A stretch of DNA of 64,000 bases. It comes from Nannocystales bacterium (GTDB lineage Bacteria > Myxococcota_A > Polyangia > Nannocystales > Nannocystaceae). How positions within the stretch are numbered: position 1 is the stretch's first letter; each line of letters begins with the position of its first letter. The notes beneath the pieces are model-generated. The model was not told the DNA's origin. It did no database searches and saw only the letters and a program-made list of their open reading frames with translations. The position numbers were made by a program, and so were the translations under genes. The stretch is taken from assembly GCA_050633305.1 (NCBI GenBank), contig JBOEGF010000014.1, positions 427,436-491,435 of the forward strand. The letters run 5' to 3'. Shown piece after piece: positions 38,303-48,834 of the stretch.

Positions 38303-39244
38303 TTGGGCAAGTGTAGGCTCCTGATTGTCTTAATTGTGGGTGGCTGCGGGGCGGCGGACCCTGTGGCGGCTACGGGGGCGGGTGCTAAGGGTCCGGGTAC
38401 TTCGGGCACGAACCCCACCACATCCGGGCAGGCGGGACCGTCCACCACCGCGGTGGGCACCTCGACCGGGTCCCCGACATCCGAGTCGTCAGGCATGTCT
38501 ACAGGGGACACCAGAAGCTCGGGCGAGGACTCGGGCGGGGGAGCGGGGTTCATCACCAAGCCCGATGGCGGAGGGTGCCCCGAGCCGCTGCCCGATGGGG
38601 TCCACGCGCTCACGATCGAGTGTTCGGTTCAGGACCAGGATTGCTGCCCCGGTGATGCATGTCGGGCGTGGGCCAACGATGGTGGCGACACATGGAACGC
38701 GTCTCGGTGTGGGCCGGTCGATCCCGATCCGGCGCAGGTCGGCGAGCCTTGCTCCGCGGAAGGCAGTGCGGTCGCGGGGCTCGACAGTTGCGACCTTGGT
38801 CTGATGTGCTGGGAGGTCGATGCGGAGACCCTCCAGGGCACCTGCGCGCAGTACTGCGGCGCCGAGGGACCCGCGTGCGAGGGCGAAGGTGAGGTGTGCG
38901 GCATCTTCAACGATGGCTACCTCCCATTGTGCCTTCCAGCTTGTGATCCTCTCGCCCCCGAGTGCGCGCAAGGGTCCGGTTGCTACCCCAACGGGCAAGC
39001 GTTCGTCTGCCTACGCGAAGGCGAGCGCCTACGCACGGAAGATCTCTTTCACCCCGACTGCCCTGCAGGGACGTTTTCTACGACCGATGATGCGGTCACA
39101 GGTTGCCCCGACGATGGCCCCTGCTGCACCTCGCTCTGTGACTTGAACGACCCCGAGTCTTGTGGCGGTGCGGAGTGCCTGCCCTACTTCGAAAACCCTC
39201 TGCCTGGACAGGCTGCACTCGGCTACTGCACCGTTGCGAGCTGA
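38303..39244 (+). CDS. Cys-rich myxobacterial lipoprotein; start uncertain
   Basis: GGC lipobox, S/T linker, FITKPDGGG, QDCCPGDACRAWANDGGDTWNASRC, many Cys. Confidence 0.8.
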   Translation: MGKCRLLIVLIVGGCGAADPVAATGAGAKGPGTSGTNPTTSGQAGPSTTAVGTSTGSPTSESSGMSTGDTRSSGEDSGGGAGFITKPDGGGCPEPLPDGVHALTIECSVQDQDCCPGDACRAWANDGGDTWNASRCGPVDPDPAQVGEPCSAEGSAVAGLDSCDLGLMCWEVDAETLQGTCAQYCGAEGPACEGEGEVCGIFNDGYLPLCLPACDPLAPECAQGSGCYPNGQAFVCLREGERLRTEDLFHPDCPAGTFSTTDDAVTGCPDDGPCCTSLCDLNDPESCGGAECLPYFENPLPGQAALGYCTVAS

Positions 39245-39371
39245 TTGAGTCCACGACGCGCACGAGACTCCAGCTTCGTCTTCGATGCGGACGCCTGCGT
39301 GCGGATCTCCTCCGTCGGAGCCGACGACATCGGTGGGTACGGGGCTCCCGTGCGGGCCGGACCCCGAGCGC

Positions 39372-40007
39372 TCACGTGTCGAACTCGTCGGCTTCGGCCT
39401 GCGCGTCTCGGAGCTCCTCCAGCACTCGGTCGACGAGGGCAGGCTGAAGAGCACCCTCGAGCATCGCCGGACCCCTCCAGTTGACGATGACGCCCGCAAA
39501 GTCGTCGCCCTGCAGGTCGGCGGTGATCGCGAGCGTTTCCGCATCCTTGCGTGAGACGGAGACGTTGTCGAGCTCGGAGAACGTGTCGCCCAAGAGGGCT
39601 TCGAGCTGTTCGCGGTCGTCGCCCGGTGCATCCGAATCTGGAACGCCGTGGACGTACAGGGTGAGCTTCGGACCGGGATCCAACATGCGCTCGTCCAGTT
39701 GCACGTGGAGACCGTTGGCGATCCAGGAGACCTCCCGGCCGCCGTCTCGGCTCTCACGGGGTGCACCGAATCGAGCCGAGAGGTCTGCCGCGATCACCTC
39801 GTACGTCTCATGGGGGCTGTTCCAAAGCTGATAGCGCAGAGCGTGAACCCGTCCGTCGGCACTCGACTCCACGGTGAGGTTGTGCGGCAGCTTTCCAGGA
39901 GGCGTGGGTTCCCCGAGCGTGAGGCCGAAGAAGTGAGTCGCGAATCTGCCGCGAAACCCTTCTGCGGATGTGGGGCTCTCGTAGTGCTTTCGTTCTTTGT
40001 GTTCCAT
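39372..40007 (-). CDS. Hypothetical protein
   Basis: ORF with globular composition and high GC3. Confidence 0.6.
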   Translation of the reverse strand: MEHKERKHYESPTSAEGFRGRFATHFFGLTLGEPTPPGKLPHNLTVESSADGRVHALRYQLWNSPHETYEVIAADLSARFGAPRESRDGGREVSWIANGLHVQLDERMLDPGPKLTLYVHGVPDSDAPGDDREQLEALLGDTFSELDNVSVSRKDAETLAITADLQGDDFAGVIVNWRGPAMLEGALQPALVDRVLEELRDAQAEADEFDT

Positions 40008-40191
40008 GGTGATCTTTGTGGGAGGTGGGGCTTGCGCGTACCGTGTCCACGGCATGTGCGTCGTCGTTCACGCGGACACGACGTCCGTCGCGGACGCTGC
40101 GATTGCGTTGGCTGGAGCACTTGGCCGTGAGTTGTCTCCGTTGGCGCGCAGCGACTGGCCGTGAGCCAGTGGGCCGCCTAGTCTCCGGCGC

Positions 40192-42896
40192 ATGAGGTCC
40201 GACCGCTCGAGCTTCGCAGCGATGTTCGAGGACGGAGCTCCCACGCACTCGAGTCGGAGGGCCGCCGTGCTCAACCGGCATCTTCATCGGCGACTGCTCG
40301 ACGAGTCCGCCGCTCCGCCTGCCCGGCTCGGCCGCTACGAGCTGCTCGAGCGTATCGCGAGCGGCGGAATGGGGACGGTTTACCTCGCGAACGACGAGGT
40401 ACTCGACCGACGCGTCGCCGTCAAAGTGCTGCACGGTGGGTTCGCACCGTCGGCCGGTCTTCTGGTGACGGAGGGGCAAGCTCTTGCACGGCTGCACCAC
40501 GAGAACGTCGTGGAGGTCTTCGACGTTGGGGTGGACCCCGCCGGCGCCTCGACGGTCTTCATCGCGATGGAGTACGTCCCCGGCCTCGACCTCGCAGGCT
40601 GGCTTCGTACCGCTCCTGCACGCCGCGACATCGTGCACGCGTTCATCCAGGCCGGTCGGGGGCTCGCAGCGGCCCATGCAGCGGGGCTCATCCACGGCGA
40701 TTTCAAGCCGTCCAACGTCCTGCGGGCAGACGATGGTCGCATCAAGGTCATCGACTTCGGTGTCGCGCGAATCCTCGAGGACGCCAGCGCTACGCAAGGC
40801 TGGAGTTCTCCGGGCGTGCCATCCCGCACCGCTGGCGGGACGCTGGGCTACAGCGCGCCCGAGAAGCTCGAGACGGGCGCGGAGAGTCCGGCCAGCGACG
40901 TGTTCTCGTTCTGCGTGGCGCTCTATGAGGCCCTGTCTGGCGGCCTGCCCTTTGCCGCGAACGATCGGTCCACATTCTTGGAGTCGATGCGTATCGGTCC
41001 GCGACTTCCGCTTCCGCGCGACGTCCCACGTCCAGTCCGAACCGCTCTCCTTCGAGGGATGTGCGTCGATCCCCGGCGGCGTTGGCCAACCATGCTGAGT
41101 CTCGTCGCACACCTGGAACGCTTCGAGGCGCCGGCTGACCGACAGCGCGCCGGATGGGTATTGGCGGCCTCGTCTGTCCTCGGGGTCGCCGCCTGGTCGG
41201 GTCTCGCAACCGATGACTCCGACACGTGCCAGCACCAGGGGGCCGCGACCCGGCTCGCGTGGGCCTCGCAGCGTCCCGAGGTCGGAGCCGTCTTCGCATC
41301 CGCTCCCGAGGAGTTCGTCGTCAGCGGTGGACACACCGTGATCGACAACCTGGACCGCTACGTCGACGACCTCGTGGAGACCCACGCCGCCGTGTGCGAG
41401 GCGGCCTCGCGAGGCACGGTCGCCCCGCTTCTCACGACCGCCCGCACCCGATGTCTGCAGCGGCGACAGCAGGAGTTCGAACGTTTTCTCGGGACACTCG
41501 GCGACGCTCAGGGGCGGCGGGGTGCACTCGCCGAGAGCTACGGTCTTGCGCGGGTCGAACCATGCTTACGGGCGGACCCCATCCCCGAGGCCCCGCCCGA
41601 GCTTCGCGACGAGGTCTCCGCGCTCGATGCCCGACTCGACGAGCTACTCGCGCTCGATGGGCCGACGTCCCGTGGAGAAGGGTTGGAGGAGGCCGAAGCG
41701 CTGGTCGCTCAGGCGTACGTTCTGGGCCATGCGCCGTCGTCGATTCGGGCCTTGACCGCACTGGGGTCATCTCGCATGACGGCCGGAGACTCCGAGGGTG
41801 CTCACGCTGTCTGGGAAGAAGCCTACTTTGCCGCCCAGCGGGGGCGGATGCCGATGCGTAGCCTCGAGCTCTCCACGAATCTGGTCAGCACATCGGTCGC
41901 GTTGGGGCGATACGACGATGCCTGGGCCTGGAGCCGCCACGCCCGGGCTGCGACCGCGCACACCCACGATCCGGTCGCCGCGACTCGGGTCAGCTATGCC
42001 GAGGCAATCATCCTGCTCAAACTCGAGCGTCCTGCGGAGGCTCTGGTGCGACTCGACGAGACCTTGCAGACGAGGTCGTCAGTCCTCGGACCGAATCACC
42101 CTGCGGTCGCTGACGTTTACCTCGAACTCGGCAATACACACCTCGCGATGGGGGAGTACGACCGCGCGCTGGAGATGCTGCAGCGAGCGCGTCGCGTCAA
42201 CGAAGCCGCGCTGGGGCTCCGTCATCCAGGCCTCGCGATCGCGGACAACAACATCGGCGCCGTCCAGTTCCATCTGGGGCAGCTGGATGCCGCGGAGCGA
42301 ACGTGGTCACGAGCCCTCTCGATTCGGGCCGATGCGTTGGGCTCCAACCACATCGAGCAACTTGGGACGCTCGAAAACCTTGCGAAGCTCGCGGTCACGA
42401 GAGGCGAATGGGACGAGGGGCTGAGCTATGTGCATCGTGCACTGCAAGTGTGGGAGAGCGCGGGCCTGGGCGACGATCACCCCGACCTCGTTGGGACCCT
42501 GGAGGTGTTGGGCATGATCCAGCTCGAACGAGGCGAGCTCGAAGCCGCCCGCAAGCCTTCGCCCAAGCGATCGCGATCTGCGACGCTGTGTATGGCGACG
42601 TCGAGGTGCCCACACTGGGTCCGCTCGCCGGGGCAACCCGTGCGGCGTGGGCATTGGGTCATGCGAAGGCGACGGTTCGACACGCACGACGTTTTCTCGA
42701 GGGTGGCGGCGCAACGCTCTTCAGCCAAGAGACGTCCACGGGCATCCTATGGCTGCAGGCCCAAGCAGAGTGGGAGAGGGGCGCCTTCGACGAATCCAGG
42801 CGTTCGGCTTCCCGTGCCCTCGAAGCGTACCAATCGATCGGCGACGCTGAGGCAGCGGAGGCAATCGTACACTGGATGGAGACCCGCGATGCCTGA
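40192..42896 (+). CDS. Ser/Thr protein kinase with TM and TPR repeats; frameshift near 42552
   Basis: SGGMGTVY, VAVK, HGDFKPSN, DFG, APE; TPRs (LGPNHP). The TPR-like sequence continues in another frame (QAFAQAIAICDAVYG...METRDA*) to 42896. Confidence 0.88.
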
Positions 42897-43464
42897 ACCC
42901 GAGCCACCGGGGCCGAACGTCGACGTTTCGCTGCTCACGCGCTGGCAGGACGGAGACCGTCGAGCGGGCAGCGAGCTCATCGATCGCTACGACGGCCTGC
43001 TGCTTCGGTTCTTCCGGACCAAAGCAGGCGACGACGCCGAAGACCTGGTGCAGCGAACCTTTCTCCGCTGCGTCGAGCGCAAAGACGCGCTCGTGGAACT
43101 GCATAGCTTTCGTGCGTATCTGCTGGCGACGGCGCGCTCGGTCCTGGTCGACCACTACCGCAAGGCGGGCCGACACGCGCGACGCTTCGATCCCCTCGAA
43201 ACATCTGTCGCCGACCTGAACCCATCGCTGAGCACTCACGTCGCGGTTCAACAAGAGCGCCGCCAACTGGTCGAGGCCCTGCGCGAGATCCCGTTGGAGC
43301 TGCAGGTCGCTCTCGAGCTGTTCTACTGGGAGGGCATGGCGGGAGGCGAGCTGGCTGCGGCGCTGGGGCTTCCCGAGGGGACCCTTCGTACCCGCCTCCG
43401 GCGCGCCCGGCAGTTGCTTCGACAGCGGCTCCGGCAGCTCAGGAAACCGAGCCCGAAGTCGTGA
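42889..43464 (+). CDS. ECF RNA polymerase sigma factor
   Basis: LLTRWQDGD, DAEDLVQRTFL, LELFYWEG...LGLPEGTLRTRLRRAR; ATG overlaps the kinase stop. Confidence 0.92.
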   Translation: MPEPEPPGPNVDVSLLTRWQDGDRRAGSELIDRYDGLLLRFFRTKAGDDAEDLVQRTFLRCVERKDALVELHSFRAYLLATARSVLVDHYRKAGRHARRFDPLETSVADLNPSLSTHVAVQQERRQLVEALREIPLELQVALELFYWEGMAGGELAAALGLPEGTLRTRLRRARQLLRQRLRQLRKPSPKS

Positions 43465-43589
43465 AGGGGCCGCGGTTGAGACAGCTCACAATCGACGAAA
43501 CCGTTCGGCGCAATCGCAGGCTGCGCGACGAACGTCGTGACACCGCGAGCGGTAGAGAACTCCGCACCAAGACCCGCCCGAGCACCATC

Positions 43590-45074
43590 ATGAAACACGA
43601 TGAACGAGAACACGGCCGAACCTCCATCGCCGTCGATGCCGTACGCGTCAGCGAGCTCGCCCGCGACGTGGTGACGCCGCAAAGTCGCACGGGTCTTGGT
43701 CCTACGGCGGCGTTTTTCGCTGCGGTCGCGGGTATGGGGTGCGGTGGCTCCGATCCATCGACCGACGCAGGATCGTTCGGCGCCGCGACGGCTGACGCCA
43801 GCTCTGGCTCGACAACGGGTGAACCGGAGACCGCCGGCACCGACACCTCCGCGCAGACCATGACCGGTACCTCCACGCAGACCATGACGGGTGCCGACGA
43901 GACCAGTACGGGGGACGCCGAAAGCGGGGAGGGAAGCGAGACCAGCGGCAGCGTTGCCTTCTGCGGGGACGGTGTGGTGCAGGATCCAGAGCAGTGCGAT
44001 GACGCGAACGCCGTCGCCGCGGATGGCTGCGAATCCGATTGCAGCTTCTCTCCACAGGCACTCGTGTGGGAACACTACCTCGACGCGGGACTGACCGAGT
44101 CTGCCAGAGACTTGGCGTTGAGCGCCGCCGACGAACTCTACATGGTCGGCGTATCGTACGACGGTGGACCGGCGATCGAGTCACTCCTTTGGAACCTGCA
44201 GCCTGAAGACGGTGCACTCCTTTGGACGGAGTCTTTCACCGCGGACACAGGTCCAGCGGACGCGGCGCAATCGGTCGATGCACGTGCGGGGGAGGTCGCC
44301 ATTTCGGGCGCGGTGGAGGTCGATGGGACCCGGTACGAATCGGTCCGTCAGTATTCCTCCACAGGGGACCTGCAATGGTCCGGGCTGACGCCCGAGCCCG
44401 ATCTCCTGATCACGTACCTGGCCATGCATCCCCCCGGTGACGTGTTCACCGCAAGCCGAGCGCTCGGGGCCAGCCCCTCCTCGCGGATCCGCAGGACCAC
44501 CGAGCCCGGTACCGTGCTTTGGTCGGCCGCAAACGCCGCTGTGTTCAACGACATCGCAGTGAACGTCGACGGCGATGTGTTCGTCGTCGGAATGCTCGGC
44601 GGCGAAGGCTGGATCGGAAGGTTCAACGCCGACGGCGAGTTACAGTGGGATCAAACATGGGCCGGTGCCGGGGACGAAACCCGCCTCTACGCGCTCGCGA
44701 TCGGTCCCGACGGCGATCCCCGGACGACGGGGCCCGTGCTTCGAGACGGCGACACCGACGTCTCGGTTCAACGTTGGGCATCGGGGAACGGGAGCCTCCT
44801 GATGGCCCAACAGCACGACATTGCGGGCAGTGGCCTCCCCTACGCCATCGATGTCGGACCCTCGGGAAAGACGGTCGTTTGCGGCACGCACAATCCCGAG
44901 GCTGAGGAATCGGTGAATGCGTGGTCGGCCGAGATCGATGGCCGCGGTGCGATCTCATGGGAACGCGACCTCGGCGCGTCCGCGTGCAGGCGGGTGGAGG
45001 TCGACAGCGCCGGCTTCATGTATCTGGCCGGCACAGGGTCTGGCGACGCATGGGTTGCGAAGATGGCACCCTGA
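43590..45074 (+). CDS. Exported protein with myxobacterial Cys-rich repeat and beta-propeller; start uncertain
   Basis: GMGC lipobox-like, linker, CGDGVVQDPEQCDDANAVAADGCESDC, G-x-L-x-W repeats. Confidence 0.8.
   Translation: MKHDEREHGRTSIAVDAVRVSELARDVVTPQSRTGLGPTAAFFAAVAGMGCGGSDPSTDAGSFGAATADASSGSTTGEPETAGTDTSAQTMTGTSTQTMTGADETSTGDAESGEGSETSGSVAFCGDGVVQDPEQCDDANAVAADGCESDCSFSPQALVWEHYLDAGLTESARDLALSAADELYMVGVSYDGGPAIESLLWNLQPEDGALLWTESFTADTGPADAAQSVDARAGEVAISGAVEVDGTRYESVRQYSSTGDLQWSGLTPEPDLLITYLAMHPPGDVFTASRALGASPSSRIRRTTEPGTVLWSAANAAVFNDIAVNVDGDVFVVGMLGGEGWIGRFNADGELQWDQTWAGAGDETRLYALAIGPDGDPRTTGPVLRDGDTDVSVQRWASGNGSLLMAQQHDIAGSGLPYAIDVGPSGKTVVCGTHNPEAEESVNAWSAEIDGRGAISWERDLGASACRRVEVDSAGFMYLAGTGSGDAWVAKMAP
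43845..43892 (+). repeat. In-frame 24-bp tandem duplication (TS-A/T-QTMTG x2)
   Basis: ACCTCCGCGCAGACCATGACCGGT / ACCTCCACGCAGACCATGACGGGT. Confidence 0.8.
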
Positions 45075-45275
45075 GGGGGCCATGGATGTCGCCCATGGGC
45101 ACTTGGATGGTCGATCTCCCAGGTCGCGTCGCGCGCGAGGGTGTTGCACCCGCCTGGACCTGCGCGCCGTCGAAGAAGACGGAGTGGCGCTTGGGGCTTC
45201 GCCGCGGAGGGGCGCCCTTTCCACGGACCCTCCCGGAACTGGAAGTGGTCGGGGTGCCCTGGGCGCATTCAGGCT

Positions 45276-45542
45276 TCATCGCTTTGTTACCAGCACGTCC
45301 TGGAGGATCTGCTTGTCCAGGGTGAGGTCTGCGACCATGGCCTTGAGCCGACGGTTCTCGTCGTCGAGCTGCTTGAGCTTGCGCGCCCGAAGTGCATCGC
45401 GGCCGCCGTACTTCTTGCGCCACGCGTAGAACGTGCCTGGGCTGATCCCGTACCTCCGGGCGAGCTTCACGACGGGCACGCCAGCGGTGGCTTGCCCCAA
45501 TACGTGCGTGATCTGTGCCTGCGTGAACCGCTTCTTCCTCAT
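45276..45542 (-). mobile_element. IS3-family transposase OrfA (HTH) without recognisable OrfB; IS remnant
   Basis: AAGGAG RBS; MRKKRFT..QI...RYGISPGTFYAWRKKYGG...LKQLDDENRRLKAMVADLTLDKQILQDVL. Confidence 0.88.
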
Positions 45543-45834
45543 TGTCTGAATCTCCTTCGTTGTGACCGTTTGTTTGCACGTCCCCTTGGCGACGCCTGCT
45601 GTGATGGACCGCATCTCGCCCATTCCGTCGTCCTCGGTCTTGTGGTGCCAAGTCGTCGCACCGCGGAAGCCGGACGGCAACGGTCCGCCTGGCGTGGGCG
45701 ATGCGGCTGAGCCAATCCGAATACGTGACCGATACAGGGCGAGACGCCGCCCCGCGACGGTCAGGCTTCCTGGCACGACTAAGAATCAGATTTGACAGAA
45801 CTGTGCTCGCATCCACGCAAGAATCGTCGTCTTG

Positions 45835-46527
45835 CTAGACCCTGCCGTATGCCCGGACTGCGGTACCCCGAAGGTCGCGGGCGCTCTCCCTGCCGAGGTC
45901 GATGACCATTCGGGCGAGGGACCGAGGCGAGACCCAGAGATTCGCATCGTCCGCGCCCATCGCTTCGCGATTCGCCGGCGTGTCGATGATGCTGGGCAAC
46001 ACGGTGTTCGCCGTGATGTCGCACCCTCGAGTTTCCTCGGCAACCGATCGAGTAAATGCTAGCACTGCCGCCTTGCATGCCGCATAGACCGCCGCCTCCG
46101 GACTCGGCTCTTGTGCGCTCCGGGATGCAACCGTCACGATCCGGCCGTAGCCGGCCCTGAGCATCCCCGGCAGCACCGCCCGAACGGCACAGAACGACGA
46201 GGTCAGATTCAATCGCACGACCCGCTCGAAGTCTTCGGCCGACACCTCGTGCGTTGGCCCCGTGAGGAAGCCGCCTACGAGGTGAAGCAGGACGTCGACC
46301 CGCTCCATGCCCCGAACGGCGTGCTCGACTTGGGCGAGTTCGGTGACATCGCACGGCACCAGTCGCAGCTTCGCAAACGCAGGACGGCCGAGACGTCCCG
46401 CGAGGGTCGCCGCATCCTTCCCCAAAACCAAGGCCGTCACCTCCGCTCCCGAAGCCAACGCAGCGTTCGTGACTTCGAGGCCGAGTGCGCCCCCTGCACC
46501 CGTGACCAACACCTGTCTATTCTGCAT
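45835..46527 (-). CDS. Classical short-chain dehydrogenase/reductase
   Basis: VTGAGGALG, GRIVTVAS, YAACK, NTVLPSIIDTPANR. Confidence 0.92.
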   Translation of the reverse strand: MQNRQVLVTGAGGALGLEVTNAALASGAEVTALVLGKDAATLAGRLGRPAFAKLRLVPCDVTELAQVEHAVRGMERVDVLLHLVGGFLTGPTHEVSAEDFERVVRLNLTSSFCAVRAVLPGMLRAGYGRIVTVASRSAQEPSPEAAVYAACKAAVLAFTRSVAEETRGCDITANTVLPSIIDTPANREAMGADDANLWVSPRSLARMVIDLGRESARDLRGTAVRAYGRV

Positions 46528-47227
46528 CGCTGCCACCCCTTCCCGAGGGCACGCACCATTCCCGTTTTGTCGTTCCTCGGGAGAGTTCGCGGAGGGAGTG
46601 GGCCAGGGTTGTTCCCGGGCGGCGATGCGCGATCGAAGGATCACGTCGTAGCAGCGCCCGCGCACGGAGGGTCTGGACCGAGTACTTCGAGAAGAGCTCG
46701 TTTCGTTTCTTCGGAGACAACGAAGTGCCCGGTCCCGAGTTGGTCGGTGGAGCGGGCACTTTCTTCCGACGTCGGGCATGCAGGCGTCCGCCTTCCCCAT
46801 CGACACGCCGCGAGCACGCTCCTCGACGATGGTCTTCCCAGGCCGCGGAGAACTCCGCCTCCCAGCCTTCCGCGCCACGCAGCAGAGATTGGGCGTCGGG
46901 CTGCCGAGACCGGGCTCGGTACTCCTCCGCCAATCGCTCCATCCGCTCGCGTGCTCGCTGAGTATCGCCGGCCAGCACCTCGAGTCGCGCCAACTCGACG
47001 TGCGCCTCGAGCCGCAGCGGGTCCAATCGCAGCGCTGCGGTAAACATGGCATGAGCAGCGCCCGCGCTGCTGCGTCCGTGGGCCATCGTCCTCGCTCTCC
47101 GAAGTATGTCGTCCACCCTTTCTTTGTCGAAAATGTCCGACATCGCGGGGGGAGATGCCTGAGCGGCAGCGTCTGCCGACGATTGGGCTTGAAGTGGAGG
47201 GGCGTACAGGGGACCTGGAATGGACAT
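46517..47227 (-). CDS. Hypothetical protein with a TPR-like segment
   Basis: AHAMFTAALRLDPLRLEAHVELARLE; C-terminal part less convincing. Confidence 0.55.
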   Translation of the reverse strand: MSIPGPLYAPPLQAQSSADAAAQASPPAMSDIFDKERVDDILRRARTMAHGRSSAGAAHAMFTAALRLDPLRLEAHVELARLEVLAGDTQRARERMERLAEEYRARSRQPDAQSLLRGAEGWEAEFSAAWEDHRRGACSRRVDGEGGRLHARRRKKVPAPPTNSGPGTSLSPKKRNELFSKYSVQTLRARALLRRDPSIAHRRPGTTLAHSLRELSRGTTKREWCVPSGRGGSDAE

Positions 47228-47354
47228 TGTGCCTTTCGTTTCTGCGTCGTTCGCGGTTGTCGTTTCTCTCGTCTTACTTTGTGGGAACTGACCCAATATG
47301 GCGCGTGCGTGCCGGTGGAGGCCGGTAGGAGACTCGGTGCCCCGTTCCACGACA

Positions 47355-48779
47355 CTAGAGGCGCTTAACAAACTGGGCGACGGCGTCGACCTCGGCGCGG
47401 GAGAGTTTTGTGCGGTACGCCCGCATTTTCGTCCCAGGAACACCGTTGAGTATCGCGGACCTGATTCGGCCCCGGCTGGCACGCGATAGTGACTTGATCC
47501 CAAGCTTCTCTCCGATCTTGGTCTTCCCCTTTCCGTTTCCGCCATGGCAGCTCTTGCACTTCGCCATGTAAACAGAACGACCCTTCCTCGTCGTCTGACG
47601 GCGCGTGTCCTTGTGTGGCTGCCTTGTGTTCTGAGGCTTCTCCTCGCGTGAACCGGCCACGACGGGGGACATTGCAGCGTCCCCGCGACTGGTGGTCGTT
47701 GAGGGCGGAACGGGTTTCAGTGTCGGGGGAGGGGTTGCGTCTTGTGGGAACTTCTGAGCCAGGTAGGCGGCGATGTCGGTCGCGGTCTCCCGGTCAACGT
47801 CCGCACCTTCCTCAACCATCGACGCGACGACGTTCGACCATCCCGATGGATCGTCGGGCCCATGCGCCGCATTCTCATCGAGTCCATGGCATGAGGTGCA
47901 GTGCGTCCGGAGCAACGATTCCCCCGCGGTTGTCGAGATGTGTCGCGGGGTCTCGGCATTGTGCATCCTCGAAGACAGCGCGGCCGGCTCGGCCGCCGCC
48001 GTCTTCGGCCGAGGCGGTCGAGCCTTTGACAACTCGCGAAGCTCCGGTGTGATCGCCGCAAGGTATGCGGTCACGGACGGAATGTCGTCCGGCTCGAGAT
48101 GTTCGCCAAAGACGGATGGCTTGTCGAGCATCCGCTGCGAGACATCGTACCAACGCTGTGGGCTTCGCGGCCTTGCTAGAATCGTTCTCATGTCGTGGCA
48201 AACGGTGCACTTCTCAGCCAGCACGCTCCGTCCCACCTCGAGGCCCTTTCTTGTGGTCAACGCTTCGAGATCGACGACCTGGTCACCGAAGTCGACCTTG
48301 GCAAGCCCTCTGCGCACACGCTCAATATTCTCCTGAGCGACGGCCCCTCCTGCGATGTCGGCGCCATGCATTGCATACGGAATGGACAGGGCCGAGAGTA
48401 GAACCGTGCAGAGAAGGAGTCCGAAACCGTAGGAAGGCATCGACTCCTCGAAATGTCGGAAGAATAGGATGATCCCGATCTTGCAGATGAGCAGGACTCC
48501 GATCGTCACCCCTAGCACCGCGTGAAAAACAGTCCGAGCGGGTAGCTCGTCCTGGTACTCCCACAGGCGGGGTACCATGTTCCACATCATGACGATGTAG
48601 ACGGCGGTGTACCCGTACCCTGCGAGAGCGTGGACCGTCAGCCATAGTCTAGGGGCCTCCGTCTTCCCCTCCTTCTCGTTCCAGAACTTGGGTCCCCAGA
48701 GCCACGCCTGCAGTAACACTGCGGCGATCGCAAGGAACAAGAAGAGCACCCCCAACCACATACTGACTATCGAACTCAT
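47355..48779 (-). CDS. Membrane protein (4 TM, His-containing) fused to three c-type heme domains
   Basis: TMs with VHALAG and FHAVLG; CTVCH, CTSCH, CKSCH...GTKMRAY. Confidence 0.85.
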   Translation of the reverse strand: MSSIVSMWLGVLFLFLAIAAVLLQAWLWGPKFWNEKEGKTEAPRLWLTVHALAGYGYTAVYIVMMWNMVPRLWEYQDELPARTVFHAVLGVTIGVLLICKIGIILFFRHFEESMPSYGFGLLLCTVLLSALSIPYAMHGADIAGGAVAQENIERVRRGLAKVDFGDQVVDLEALTTRKGLEVGRSVLAEKCTVCHDMRTILARPRSPQRWYDVSQRMLDKPSVFGEHLEPDDIPSVTAYLAAITPELRELSKARPPRPKTAAAEPAALSSRMHNAETPRHISTTAGESLLRTHCTSCHGLDENAAHGPDDPSGWSNVVASMVEEGADVDRETATDIAAYLAQKFPQDATPPPTLKPVPPSTTTSRGDAAMSPVVAGSREEKPQNTRQPHKDTRRQTTRKGRSVYMAKCKSCHGGNGKGKTKIGEKLGIKSLSRASRGRIRSAILNGVPGTKMRAYRTKLSRAEVDAVAQFVKRL

Positions 48780-48834
48780 GACTCCACCTGTCTCTGCAGC
48801 GAAGGCGATCAGACTCAAAAGGAAGGTCCGGGTC

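Noticed and set aside
38270..38400. Locally AT-richer patch at the start of the Cys-rich lipoprotein gene
   Set aside because: Short, with no structure; may be promoter DNA or low-quality consensus.
40192..43464. 1090-aa kinase-TPR-sigma fusion in the ORF track
   Set aside because: The joining segment is out-of-frame sequence. The real kinase tail is in another frame ending at 42896, and the sigma has its own ATG at 42889.
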